Of a stretch of 64,000 nucleotides of DNA, positions 50,006 to 63,841 are shown piece by piece. The notes under the pieces were generated by a model, which did no database searches, was not told where the DNA came from, and saw only the letters and a list, made by a program, of their open reading frames with translations. Made by a program: the position numbers and the translations under genes. This DNA is from Antedon mediterranea. Lineage: Eukaryota; Animalia; Echinodermata. Numbering within the stretch: the first letter of the stretch is position 1; each line of letters starts with the position of its first letter. The stretch covers positions 15,548,795 to 15,612,794 of the forward strand of contig NC_092670.1 in the NCBI RefSeq assembly GCF_964355755.1. Reading direction: 5' to 3'.

Positions 50006-53000
50006 ATGAACTATGTTGGTCGCTTCTTCTCCAACGTCAAGTATATGTACAATGAGATCAATCCTGCTACGCTAACCGGCGCCATCGATGTGATCGTTGT
50101 TGAGCAGGAAGATGGAAACTACCGCTGTTCACCATTTCACGTCCGCTTCGGCAAGATGGGTGTGTTGCGTAGCAAGGAGAAAGTGGTAAGATTTTGTTAT
50201 CAAATCGAAGGTGTTTTTGCCCCACTATTTATTTCAGTTTTTTTGGGAATTTATATTTGTCCTCAAGCTTAACAATAACAGGAAACTGAGAAAATTTGGA
50301 TTAGGCCCTCCAGGAACCCACAGCACCCAGCACTGTAATGCCTACCAGATCAGCACACTGAGAGACAATCCCCTACTCTATGCGAATAATGTACCATGTT
50401 CTTTAACATGCACTATGTAGAAAGGACCAACGACCCATCCAAAGGACGAGGCAATCAAAATAAGGCATCTTGCCAAAGGATGATAATTTTGTGCAAATTA
50501 TTCCAAACTAAACATGTACGCTGTATACAGTAATAGGGAGGTTTCGCAACCTTACGAATACGATAACGAAAACGGATACGTCATACATTTGTGAAACTTT
50601 TGAGCTGATCCCCATTTCATATTCGTAAAGCGTATTCGTGTTGACGAATATCATCAGTCATATTCGTAACTACAAAACGAGTATAGTTTTTGATCTATTT
50701 GCACATTTTGCATTTGAATTAGGAATGATTCATGATTATAATATAATTATGGATTTATTGAAAGTAATTTACTAAAGTAATTTACTAAAATGCCAAGTCA
50801 ATTTTAATAAATAGCAGTTTTTAAAGTCCTCACTCGCTTTGATGTTACGCTAGGCCTAGGCAGCCAAGCACCAAGCAACACGTACCTGCGCTTTGCTCAA
50901 ATTTACCGCAGTCATATTTTGGACGCGCCTCAATATTTCGTTGCCATGCGAAACAGATTTTTTTATGGCTTACGAAAACGAATACGTGTGCGTGACGTAT
51001 CTGTTTTCGTTGCGAAACCTCTCTATTAACAGCTCTTCTCCACAGGCAAGTGGGTTGACAGATTTTTTTTATTTTTTTTTTTATTTCAACAATATTTTAT
51101 GAGGGTGGTCCATCCAGCATCAGCTGATCATTAGGGACCCTCAAACAATACAAACAGTAAATACAAAATAAACTAAGATATAAAAAATAAATATATATAT
51201 AAATATAAAAATACAGTATGCCTACAATGAAAGATGGATAAAAAGAAATAAAATCAGAGAGAGAGAAACAGGTGTTTTTTCAAAAGAGATTTAAAGGAGG
51301 AGAAATTGTAAGAGTTACGAATGCTTAAAGGTAGAGAATTAAAGAAAGAAGAAGCATTGAATCTAAAAGAAAGTTTAAAGATTGCAAGGTAAGGACGAGG
51401 GATAAGAAGGACTGGTTCATTTAAAGACACCTTCCCTACAATTTGTGACGTTCTGTAAAAATAATACATATATATTACTTTAAAAACATTAATCCAGTTC
51501 ATTCCTTGTCTTAAATGTACGTTTTATGGTAAATTAGGATAAAAAGTGAGAAACAATGCACTACCTCTCGTGGACGGTCTTTAGGCCTACCCTAGCTAGG
51601 CTTAGTTTTGTAGGCCTAGCTGGTAAACATCGGTAACGTACGAACATCGTACGCTAGCTATATACCTAGCCTGACGTTGTATAGTCGCTCCATTAATTAT
51701 CTTTCTATTTTTGCCAGACTCCGTTGATACAAATTGGGGAAAACCCGGTATTTTCGCTGAAAAGTTAGGAGGTTTCCATTTGTTTTGGCCTCACGATCGA
51801 TCGAAAAGTGGGTGATTTACAGAAGAAAAACAGAAATATCAATCCGCGCGCAATGCATTTTGGGATTTATAGCGGGCCGCTATAATTATTAGAATCGACT
51901 TATTTTTCACATTTTTTACCATTTAAAGACGAAAAAAGTTATCGCAATAGGACCATATAGTATTATTTTTTCATTAAATATAGTTTGTGATCTTAAAATA
52001 GATCTAAAAAACGTAGGGAAGGTGTCTTTAATAATGAGATAAAAGACCAACATAATGGGATAAAGGACTGGTTCATTTAAACCAGACAGACTTGAGTTAA
52101 ATAAACCAGGTCCATATTTCAACTCAACGAAAAGTTCTGTCCATATACTCATCCATAAGACATTGATTATTAAAGATTAGTCATATTATTTTTAACAGTT
52201 TACAGTTTTAACAATACATTTGAACTTTCAGTGCAAAGGTCATTGAATCAATATTTATTGTTTTCTGCTATTCTTTCTTATCATGCAATAATATGATGAT
52301 AAATTCTAAAATTAATATTTCAATGATAATGCAAATAAACTGAGTGATATGGTTGTGCTTGTATACATATAGTATGTTATGCAATCCACTGGTATACTGT
52401 ATATGAGGCAATTCCTACTTAACTTTTGTCATGTTTATATTATTGTTCATACAATGTTCATTGAACCAGGATATACTGTAATACTGTAGCAGGGTTTATG
52501 ATAAGGCAGAGGTACAAAGAATGTTGTGGATATTTTGGTTTTGGACTTCTTTTTTTATCAATCTGTGTGGTTCAGTAATTCAACTGGCAATCAATCAAGC
52601 TCTTTTTATCAATCTGTGTGGTTCAGTAATTCAACTGGCAATCAATCAAGCTCTTTTTATCAATCTCAAAACAATACACATAACATAAAAGGAGGAAACC
52701 CGAAGGGGCTTGTGATAGGAGGCCCACTATTAACTAGTTAATACGGCTTTACCACGTGGAAACACCGGTTCTCGTCAGATCACCGAAGTTAAGCAACGTT
52801 GGGCCTGGTTAGAGCTTGGATGGGAGACCATCTGGGAATAGCGGGTGCTGTATACGGAGCTGGGGTCCCATTAGGCATTTGAAATCAGCACTGCTGACTC
52901 TTATGGCAGCCTCTGCATCTAGTATCTGCCACAGACCTCTGGTCAAGGTGGGCACTGGACGAGAGAAGCCCTTGATCAATATCAGGACCAATCAAGGTGC

Positions 53001-56000
53001 TTTAAACAGTCCTGGCTTTGTTTGTATCAAACCTGTTAGTGGCGGTAATTATCGCTGTTGGTTTCGATTGAATAAAATAAAATAAAAAATAAAAAATTTA
53101 AAATAAGATAATAAATAAATAGCCTGTATAGTATAGACAATTAGACCATGACATACCAGTATACAAAAACTGGTCTTCCCTATTTTCCCCCAAAGTTTCT
53201 TTATAAGAAAAACCCCTGGGTAGTAAAATACTGATGTTAGTATCCATGGTCAGATTAATTTTAAAGGGAGACTCTTTGAAGTGCTCAGCAATACCATTTT
53301 CTGAATTCAAAGAAGTGAAATGGTAACGATCATGAAAACATCAATCAGATTAAAAAGCATACAAGAAGATGCATACATCTATCTGATAAAAACACTAAAT
53401 GACCCTGTGACATAAGACCACCAGTATCACTTTCCCCATGTACTACAGTAACAGTCAATTTTTGTTTTATTTGTTTCATTGATGCACCATACATAAATGA
53501 TTCTATCTTATCAACATCCAACAACATTAAGATATGACGCATATCAAAATAAATCCATACAAAATCAATAATGAATGCTAATGATTGATCCTGCTGAGTT
53601 ACACAATCTAGATTGTTATCGCAACCATATCAACAACATATGGCTTTTGCCCAGTGATGTTGAAACAATACTTTACTTAACATTATCAAACTTTAACAGA
53701 TTCTTTCTCACTGTTCTATTATGACAAATTGTAAATGTTCAATATGCTGTAGATTTTTGTGTAATCAGTATTTTTTTGTATTTATATATTTTTGACCATC
53801 TTGTTGTTCTTAAATAGTACAGTAAATGTCTTAACACATTTTAAAATATTTTATTTATAGATGAAGTACAAGACAGTACTATTTTCCATTTTAAGATTTT
53901 GGACAAAACCTTGCAAAGCTATGATAATTTTCAGTACAGTACTTAAAGTCGAGAAACGTTATGATTAAAATATTTAACTTAAACCTATGCAACGAAATTA
54001 TTAATTTTACAATGCTTTATTCATTTTAATGATGTTTAATTGTTTAAATAGGTTGATATTGAAGTGAATGGTGAACCGGTAGATTTACAAATGAAACTTG
54101 GTGAGAATGGAGAAGCATTTTTTGTTGAAGAAACCTCTAGTGAGGTACGTTTACAAACTGTCTAATAATATTTATTTTTTATTTGTTTACAGTTAACTCC
54201 TTCAACAAACTGGTTAAATTATATTATTAAAGTATATCATTTTGTACTCTTTTATTTTTGAGTCATCATAAACACTGACAGTATCTATAAACTGTAATCT
54301 TCTATATGAAAAATCATAAAGGTTATTGCAGTAAAAAATGTAGTTACTGCAGTAACTGCAGTGTAATAATTTTTGTATAATTTCTAATAAGAATAACGTT
54401 TTAAACTATTATATATTTCTTGGCTTCTAGGAGTTTCTTCCTGCCAACTTGGCAACATCGCCAATTCCTATGTCAACTGGAGAATTAATGGAAAAGGGAT
54501 TGAAAAAAATGTATACACAAACAAAGAAATTAAGTACAGCCAACAGTATATCTACAAAGAGTGGTGGTTCACTCGAAAACAAATCACAGACTACTTTAAG
54601 TATATCACCTAAAAGTGAAGGTTCACCAAAGCGTATCACAGACTCACCAGTCCGCGATGACACCCATTTAAAAAGGCTTGCCGCTAGTATAAAAGAACCA
54701 GCGCCTATGTCTTATGTTGCTGAAGAAGAGATTGAAAAACCGATACAAATTACGGTTGAAACGGACACGGGAGTGGATGGGTTGAATAAAACCGAGTCGA
54801 GGGTAATATCCATGATTGCACTTCATCAAAATGAATTAAGCGGTTCGAGTTTAGAAGATGAACCAATTCCGCAAGTGAGAACTGAAAATAAAATTTCACC
54901 ATTAGTTAAAGTACCGGACAATTCAAGCACGAAAAGTCGTGTTCGCAGGAAACGAAGAAAAAGTGCTAACGAACGGAAAGCCGCATTAGAAAGCTTTCAA
55001 CGTCGTAATACCGGCACGTCAGAATCGAGCGTATCACGGCATTCAGATGATGAGATCTTTCAAATGGAGGATGTTTCTGACATTGAAACGCCACCATCTA
55101 CGAGAAAAAACACAATTAGTAGCTATACAGAGTCAGATGATTGGTCAGCATTTCTTGAGGAACCTCTGAGGTCGGAATTTCACCCCTTTTCAGATAATGA
55201 TGCGACCCCAATTGTCAGGTAATGCTTAGCTTATTCCAAAATTTATTTTCTTCAAAAAGAAAGAGAAATATAAATATATTATAATTTATTTTTTAAATAA
55301 ATTCCTTATAGTCCACACCAAACAAGGCCACCAAGTCCAAAGAGTGACACAGAAGCAGAACTTCAAAGAGATGTGCAGGGGGAGGAAGTAGACAAACTAG
55401 AATGGAACTGGGGTCAACTACCTGAGGTATGTCAAATGGATATTGTATAAATAAATACATCCCTCCTATTAAAGGACATTTTCCTGTTAAACGAACAAGG
55501 GGAAATGTTTTTGGGTCCCAAAGGGGTTCACATAATGTTCTACTTTTCTTGGACTTGGAATACAGTATATTAGACTAACTAGCCTTTAATTGGTGTAAAC
55601 AACCATCAATTATAAGTGCCTTCTGTACTGGCCATCACAACACCAAAACCCCAACATCATTTACGTTCTTTAATTGGAGTGAACCATTGACCCAACGAGT
55701 GGTGTGTTTCCTATAATGGGTGTATAGATTTCCTATGTCATGTGCTATACATGTGAGTCTTGTGATGTGTTTACAATTACAGCTTCCTTAATGTAATGCT
55801 AAGATATTGACAAGCCCGGCTGTGACATTAATAGTTAATTAGTAATGAACTACTTTAGACAAAGGGTGAGGAAGTATGTCTTTGATAAAGTGATGTAATA
55901 AATTAAGATCAGATTCTCAACTCTGCTTCAGACAATAACATTTTTTTTATATCATGAATCTGATGCATGATAATAAGAAATATTTGATAATATTAATTTT

Positions 56001-59000
56001 TTTAAATTGTCAATGACTCCACAAATGTCAGACATAACCTGTCTACACTGTCAAACTAGTTTGACAAAAAAGTGTGATTTAACCAAATATGGTAGTGATA
56101 TGCCCAAGTGATGACATCATCTTGTCCATATATGGGCAAATCTCATTTTTTGTCACATAAAGTTTGATAGTGTAGACAGAGCTTAAAGCTATAGAGATAT
56201 GTTGCTTTGTTTTGTCATTTTTATCTGTAGTTGAAACCATCTCTGGATAAACAATTTTATGAGGTATTAAAACAAAAATCTGGGTAAAAAATTCATTGAA
56301 TGGTAATAATATAATACAGTAATGTTTTTGTTGATACTGTGGGATTCATTTTGAATGAATGGAAGTGTTCTGAAAAACATATCCAGTACTTGTTCTCCGT
56401 CCCTCCTCCACAAGGCAAAGTTGCCTTACATTAAAATGATCATCAAATCAAATTGGTTTGTTCCCCACCCACCCCACCCTCAGTATAAATATAAACATTA
56501 TTTGTAATATATTATTATACTTACTACTCAGGTCAAACTTTGCAAAATGTCGATATTTTAAAAAAATGTTTGTGCATGAAGTGATAAATAAATACAGCCA
56601 TACTAAAAAACACTTTGAATGTTCTACATGAATAGGTACATTACAATTCATCAACAACAGTTTATCATATTCCATTAAAAAAATACATTTTTGTAGTCAT
56701 TAATTATTCATACACTGTACCAACTGTTTCAGTGGGTAATCATGTACTACTAGTTTTAGTAGCTTTTGTGTAGATGATTTTAGCGGCCTTAATATTTGAC
56801 CTATGACCTATATAATGGGGTGAGGGAAATACCAGTCAAACCAAAATTTAACTTTCCTGAAACATTCAATAATAGGCAAGAGAGTATAAGTTTTTTTACA
56901 TTTACATTTTTTACAACCTTCATTTTGAGTGTTCAAGTTCAATATTGTTCATTAACAACATAGAGGGGGATGTTCATTTTTTGTGTTTATTATTTTTCTC
57001 AGTACGATATATTTATATTTTTATTCATCAGTTCCATCAGTCAATAGTGCAGACCTGATCCTCCCATGATCATGGCAACATTTGTATTCATTATTAATTT
57101 GGGTCAACATCTTGAATAATGGACTTTGATTAATACTTCTATTCTACTTTTCAACTATGTTGATGTTAACCATTAACATTTCCATCATCATTACACAGTG
57201 CTCGCAGAATCCACAGGGCAACCAAGTTCTATGATTTGGTTCACCTACCAATTTTTTGGTTACCATGGTACCTCGGGCAACTGATTTTATGAGCACTGCA
57301 TTATCATATAAACTAAAAATAGGTGTTACTCAATCCATATGCTTGCTTTCAAAACTTGAATGACTTAATTGAATGAATAAAAATAATATCAAGAAAATTA
57401 ATACATTTGGAAGATGATTAAAATATAATACACATAATTCAAGCTTGGTCCCTACTAGGATGCAACACAAGGTCATCGCAAGTAATTTGACCAATCACAA
57501 GCAATGATTCATCCAAGCTGTCAATTGTCATTGGTCAACTCGCTTACGTAGCACAATCCTAGTGGAAACCAAGCTTTAGCATGATAAGAATTATGTTACT
57601 GTATTATTTTTTTTCATAGATACTAAGGCAATGCATCTGTAATAAAAAAAAAAAATTACTGTAAGTTTTATGTTTTTAACCTTATTTATACATTTTTTTA
57701 GCAAATTCCTGACCATGAAAAGGACGTAGAAAAGGGAGAGGAAACCCCGAGTACAAGTGGCGCCAGTTCCGAGAAGCGTGGGTCAAAGTGGAGCATAATG
57801 AACTTCATGAGGAGTACTAAGAAAATAAGGCATAGCAAGACCATAGAAGAAGGGATCTACTTAGACGACCTGGACTCGGAAGGACTTGACCCAGAGATTG
57901 CTGCCCTCTATCTCAAGTAATTTGCATAATTTTTTTAATAATCTGCTTAATAACAAGATTAGGAAATTATCTTCTTTATTTTTAATACTGACCATTATCC
58001 TAAAATGTTTTGATTTTGAACTTTTTTTGGCCACCATCCCACACCTTAATTTAAACATGTTTGGGTAAATTTACTTATACATTATTGTACTTTTGTTTGT
58101 GGGGAGTAAACAATACATAAACAAACAAATTATGAGTTCATGAGTTAAAAAACAACGTCCTAGTGTGAACCTAACCTTAGAATTTTAATCACTCTTTCTA
58201 CTTACAGTGCAAATCCTTCAAACAGAATACGAACGATACAAGAGGTAAAGGATGACGATAAGTCGTCAGACCTCGGCAACTCCCTGCCTCAGTCACCTAG
58301 TTCTGTGGAAGGTCTACCAGTAGCTAGAGAGTATTCCCAGATGCCCATGGATGGTGTTGATATGTCTCTGTGTGGTTGGCCCAATGAGTCTGAAGAGATA
58401 GCACAAGGTGAGATTCATGGAAACAAAGCATAGTTGATCAAGTAAATTGGTTTTTAGTCTAAAGCTCTGTCTACACTATCAAACTAGTTTGACAAAAAAA
58501 GTGTGATATGTCCATGTAAGGACACGATGACATCAATCACTACCATATGTGAACACATCAAACTAGTTTGATAAAGTAGAAGAGCTTAAGAGGGTATAAA
58601 GCTTTGGAATTTATTTCTGGCTGTTTCACTCTTTTCTTAAATGTTATTTGTATCTACAGCAACAAATATATTTTTTTCAGTAACTTTAGATTGTTATGTA
58701 ATATTCATACCTGTGTAACAGGGTAACAGGTATGCTTATACCCAAATACTTGAATGATTTATCTGCTGAATCTGACTTGAATCTGAGAAACCTTGTGGGA
58801 CCCATTAAAGTAAAAGCTGGAATGATAAGTGACCATGCTATAAATAGATGAGTCACCTCATCCAAGTGGCGGGAAAATGGTCATGAATATTTAGTGTATA
58901 ATGTTTCAGTATGGGTCAGTTCATAAATGGACAAGGGATTTTGTTAATTGATTTGCATTTTTAATAGTTTCTTTTTTTGTATAACCGAACTTTAAATTGA

Positions 59001-62000
59001 TAATTACATGTGTATGACTCGAGTTACAATACAATCGTTCTGTAAACTACGAAATAACGTTATGGTAAATGTATGTACCATCGGTTAAAAATTGTCATAG
59101 TACCCAACTGGGAATGGATGACACTTACTAGTGCCTAGCCCAAAGTGAAGGTTTTCATCTCCTTCCGACTGGTTACTAGCTTCAATAAAAGAATTTAACT
59201 TTTCCAAACCAAGAACTGTCTCTGTGGATGATTTTATTGTGTTTGTGCCAGTGCTGCAGCTCCTGAAAATACTACGCGATAAAGCTACGACGCTAGTAGT
59301 ACGAACCTGTTACACCTGTACATTGAACATATCAAAATGGTCCTCTTATCCTGTTTATTTCCATTAACAAATTGAGTTTCAGTTTTGCTAGTGAGCCCTC
59401 TAGTGACTGATTTATCCTCTTTGCACAATATATTGTGGACACAATGTGTTATGTCACTCAAATGAAATATATTGTAAGCTTTTAGATATTTTGGACTACC
59501 AAAATGTCATTTGGGCTAGTTACCGTACATCTAAATAGCCAAGTTTCTTGCGAGAAAACTAATTAACCAAAAATTTATTTTTCATTTCAGATGACTTTGT
59601 ACAATCTATAATAAACTATGATGAATTCATAAAGAATCCAGCAATACTTGAAAACCCAAACCTTGTAGTGAGAATACGGGGCAAGTACTATCCCTGGGCA
59701 ACGGCGGGACCGCTACTCATATCATACCTCGCATTCCAACGCCCTCTACCAGAGATGAAAATCGAAAGCATGATGAAGGAACAGCTCACAAAGGGTAAAG
59801 GAGGACTTTCTTCGTGGTTTTCATGGCGACGAGGGTCAGAGCCACCACCAATGACAAAGAAAGTTAGTATCTGACATGATCTTTTTCCAATTCATTACAC
59901 ATTTACAAGCACAAAATACCATAAAAAGATTTTTATTGACAGAATAGCAACATAATAAATTGTTTTCATTATTTTAGGTATTTGCTTTTTTGTAGGGAGT
60001 GGGCGGGGGGTCTAAAGTTAAATCATGTGTACCAAATATTCTCCCCTATTTTATAAAATCTCCTTTATCTGTATTTGGTGGGTAAGTGCATTAGTAAATA
60101 AATTACTTGGATGTAAAGAAAGAAATGATTAGATTAATGGATTGTTTTTACTTGATACTTCTTCAGGTAACATCTTTTTATGTTCTAAATAATTATGTAC
60201 TTTTATTTCAGCTGGAGAATATAGATGAAACTATCAAAATAGAAGACAAAATTCCAGAAGAGAAACCAGAAGAAAAGTAAGAACAATGTCTATTAGCTAT
60301 GCATCTATCCACAAACCAATGCCTGACATACCTTGCACTCTTACAATAACAATATCACTCTCGCATTGTGATTGTTAACGTACTATGCTCATCTTTATGT
60401 TTGGCTATAAGCGGCAGCCCTGTTAAAAAGTAGTTCATCATTTTACCTGTCAAAAGGTTGGTTGGTGGTGCGTGACCCAAGCACAAAATTAAACGCAACC
60501 ACCCCAACAACGCTCCCCACATCCCCTTGATCTGCTTCTAAAACACTTCAAATTCAAATTCTTTATTCATCTCGCATTGAGCAGTAGTAGTAGATAATAG
60601 TTGAATTGGATTCTTCTGCTTTTCCAGTTAACAATAAAATGTCCAATACTTTTATAATGTGGGCAATAAAATCTATGTTTACTTTTCGTTAGATTACCGA
60701 CTGAGTCTCCGGTACAAGAAGATCTGGAAGGAAGCAGTCAACACTCGTCATCCAGTGAATATTACAAGAAGTCTATACGACTGACACACGAGCAATTAGT
60801 AAGTTATTCATTCAATTCTTTATTTCGAATAGTACATCCATATAACAAAACATACAAAAAATGAAAAAATTCAACCTTAAAATAATAACCTAAAATATTA
60901 TTTTAAACTAATGTTGGTGAATTTATACTGTATGGTGTAGGAGCTGGACTATTATAATTTTTTGGTTAATATGTAACGTTCTTTTGTTTTTCTATTTTAG
61001 TCGTGTTTGAATTTAAGGCCTGGACCAAATGAGATCACCTACTCTGTCACCACCAGATATCAAGGAACATGCCTATGCAAAAGTACGATTTACCTTTGGA
61101 AACATGATAGTAAGATTGTGGTGTCTGATATCGATGGTACAATAACTAAGTAAGTTAATAGCAGTTAGGATAATTGCCTACCTATCCTGGGGTCCCAGGT
61201 TCAAATCATTTCTGATGCAAATTTTCTTCTTCCAACTGGTGCAACCAATTTTTTTTATTGATATATTTTACCCTTGATGTATATTTTAATTGTTTAATTT
61301 CTGATTTTTTTTTTTTTTAAAGAATATGTCAATTGCTGCCTTTGTATTTTGATATGTCATTGTATTTTTTAAGATACTGAGATATAACTAAATATAAACT
61401 TATTATTCTATTAGGATAGAGGTAAAATTTTCTTTTGGTAAATAGTACAAAAATTGATTTTGCCAGTAATATCCTTTCCTAACATAGTTTCTATGATAAA
61501 TAAATCATTATATACTGTTAATCCAACTATAATCATTTACTGTATCATTACTAAATTTTTACAGATCGGATGTTATAGGACAGATTCTACCAGTACTCGG
61601 CCGTGATTGGACACATTCAGGAGTCGCCCATCTTTATAGTACCATCGCAGATAATGGTTACGATTTCCTCTTCTTGTCTTCGCGTGCCATTGGACAAGCT
61701 GGATACACAAAGGGCTACCTGAAAAGTGTTAATCAGAATAGTGTAGGTCTTCCTGATGGGCCTCTTCTACTTAATCCCAGTTCACTCATCTCTGCTTTCC
61801 ATAAGTAAGTACTCGTGCTTAGTTTTAATTTGACCATGTAACCCCATAAACCTTATGCCCTACTGTTTAATTGATAATGTGATAGCTTCGGCAACTAAAC
61901 CAATTAGAACATAATAAACATCTGCATATGCTCATAAACCTTCCTGATTAACTGATGCTGTTAAAGCTTCTGTGATTACCCCGATTATGGTGCCCACAAA

Positions 62001-63841
62001 CACTACTGCCTAATTATAAAATAATAGTTGTGAGAGCTAGATTTTAATGTTTGTAATGTTTGTATTTACTTTGTTTAAAACAGTAAGCTATATCATGGAT
62101 TAAAGAATAGAAGGATATGCATCACGCCACTGCTGAGTATAATGTTTATTGAAAACATTGTACGTTATTGTGAAGACCCTATAGTGTAGGCTTACTTCAT
62201 CAATATACCAGATAAAATACTATATATATGTTATTGGCTTAGAATTATAGATGCTATAATTGTAATTAGTATAGGTTTCTGCCGCGATTGATCTACGCTA
62301 ATGTTTTTATGACATTAAAGTAGCATTTTATGACCTGTAGTAGCCCTACATCTGAGACAATAACTATTTTTTGTCTCAGCCTACATGTAAAATTACAAAA
62401 TCAGCAAGGATACTAGACCTAGGCCTTCTAGGCTTACTAGAAAACCATATGATTTGCCGACATTGATACTGCCTAGGTAGGCCTAGGCTAATATTAAGTG
62501 TAGTAGATACAACGTGTAATCATGATCTATATACTCACCGTTGTCTTACTTCTTGTGTGAATAATAATAGGTACTTCGTTTGTTCGTGATTAAGTTTGCC
62601 ATGCGTGTACTTTTCAAAACGACCGCTAGGTAACTTATCGCAACTATACATAGCCAGCCAATCCCGGATCAGGGATCGCTGTTTTCATTCAATTAGGCCC
62701 GGTGATTGGATGTGATGTGGATGACATAACCACTAGCCAATCACCAGGCACTAAAATTTAAATATAATTACATCGACAATTAAGGAGATTTATGAAGAAA
62801 CCACTGCTTAGCCATATATTAAAAACACGATTGTTCTATGTGTGGACACCGGACACGCTAACAACATACATGGTCAAATGCGTAATTTAATATTCTATAG
62901 ATTAACGCAATTTTTAATGACAGAAGATGGCAGGCAAATAATGATAATTCAAATATAAAAATTGCATATTTTATTAATATTACCGACTACTTAAAATTAC
63001 CAGTCGTAAGAAAGTGAACTTTTCGTAGTCCGATTGTTATGAAACTAAAACAGAATTGTTCAGCAATACATTTATGTTGTCAATTAATCATCGACGCAGA
63101 CATGTCAATAGAACATTCAGACTGCGCATACGATTTCTACATGGTTACGTTTTGGTCTAAAAAAATGTAGCAGTTGATTCGCAGCGTTCTACAGAGGGCC
63201 GCGGTTAAAGACACGGAGTTCAATGTTTGATTGGCAGCAGTGCTTTAGTATAGGCAAGCGCGTTGTAAAATCGTTTGATGTTGCCGTCGATGCATATCCT
63301 TCTAATTCTTTTATCCATGGCTATATTAACATTATACAATAAGACTGCCTCATAAACTTCCATTCTGCATTTAAACGAAATAAAACCATACGCTATTGCA
63401 GTAAAGAATGTAGTTACTGCAGTACCAGAATAATTTTGACATGATCCCTAAAAACTTTTGATTTCATTAGATAGCATAATATTTTCTTCTTGTAGAGAGG
63501 TGATTGTCAGAAAGCCTGAGGAATTTAAGATTGGCTGCTTAAAGGACATTGCCTCCTTGTTTCCGAATAATCCATTTTATGCTGGATTTGGCAACAGAAT
63601 TAATGTAAGTATTTTGTTATTTAAATTTTGGAGAGTTTTATTCTGCAATACTCTTGCATCTGGGAATGAAATCTTTGAACTTTGGAAGCAATGCAGATAA
63701 AACTATACATATTTAAATTGCATATTGTTGTCCATAGGATGTGTGGTCTTACAGAGCTGTTGGCGTCCCCACTACTCGTATCTTCACTATCAATCCAAAG
63801 GGACAAGTGTCGCAAGAAATATCCAAGACATTTAAATCCTC
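50006..63841 (+). CDS. LPIN: Lipin (phosphatidate phosphatase), 3'-truncated by the window edge. Exons 50006-50185, 54052-54144, 54431-55218, 55312-55426, 57702-57916, 58208-58407, 59591-59862, 60212-60276, 60693-60798, 61001-61149, 61565-61804, 63496-63604, 63738-63841
   Basis: N-LIP MNYVGR...[15 protein letters not shown]...[18 protein letters not shown]; polybasic RVRRKRRK; [14 protein letters not shown]; HAD motif DIDGT (61127-61141); [11 protein letters not shown]. Confidence 0.96.
50304..50480 (-). mobile_element. Degraded SINE fragment with a Deu/Nin-domain-like core
   Basis: The minus strand has GTGCATGTTAAAGAACATGGTACATTATTCGCATAGAGTAGGGG, which resembles my recollection of the DeuSINE/Nin-DC central domain. 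Not alignment-verified. Confidence 0.5.
50535..51024. mobile_element. MITE in a lipin intron
   Basis: TIR AG(G/A)GAGGTTTCGCAAC / GTTGCGAAACCTCTCT with sub-terminal ACGAAAAC(G/A)GATACGTCA. Confidence 0.75.
51062..51420 (-). mobile_element. LINE 3' remnant (L2/CR1-group ORF2 end, 3'UTR and A tail)
   Basis: [47 protein letters not shown] is a typical ORF2 C-terminus; terminal stem-loop and poly-A follow. Confidence 0.8.
51425..52027. mobile_element. Non-autonomous Kolobok-like element abutting or inserted in the LINE remnant
   Basis: Perfect 15-bp TIR AGACACCTTCCCTAC; TTAA at 51421-51424 and 52028-52031. Confidence 0.85.
52739..53100 (+). mobile_element. 5S-rRNA-derived SINE (SINE3-type): 5S-like head 52739-52852, unrelated body and (AATAA)n tail
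   Basis: TACGGC..TACCACG...AACACCGGTTCTCGTCAGATCACCGAAGTTAAGCAACGTTGGGCCTGGTTAG.GCTTGGATGGGAGACC..CTGGGAATA.CGGGTGCTGTA is recognisably 5S. No oligo-T terminator follows. The same 3' tail occurs at ~37664-37722. Confidence 0.8.
62094..63319. mobile_element. ~1.2-kb non-autonomous TIR element in a lipin intron
   Basis: TIR CATGGAT(T/A)AAAGAAT(T)AGAAGGATATGCATC at both ends; the interior is CpG-rich relative to the flanking intron. Confidence 0.7.

Noticed and set aside
52739-52852. Functional 5S rRNA gene
   Set aside because: The terminal helix is disrupted, there is no oligo-T terminator, and it is a single intronic copy continuing into a body and A-rich tail.
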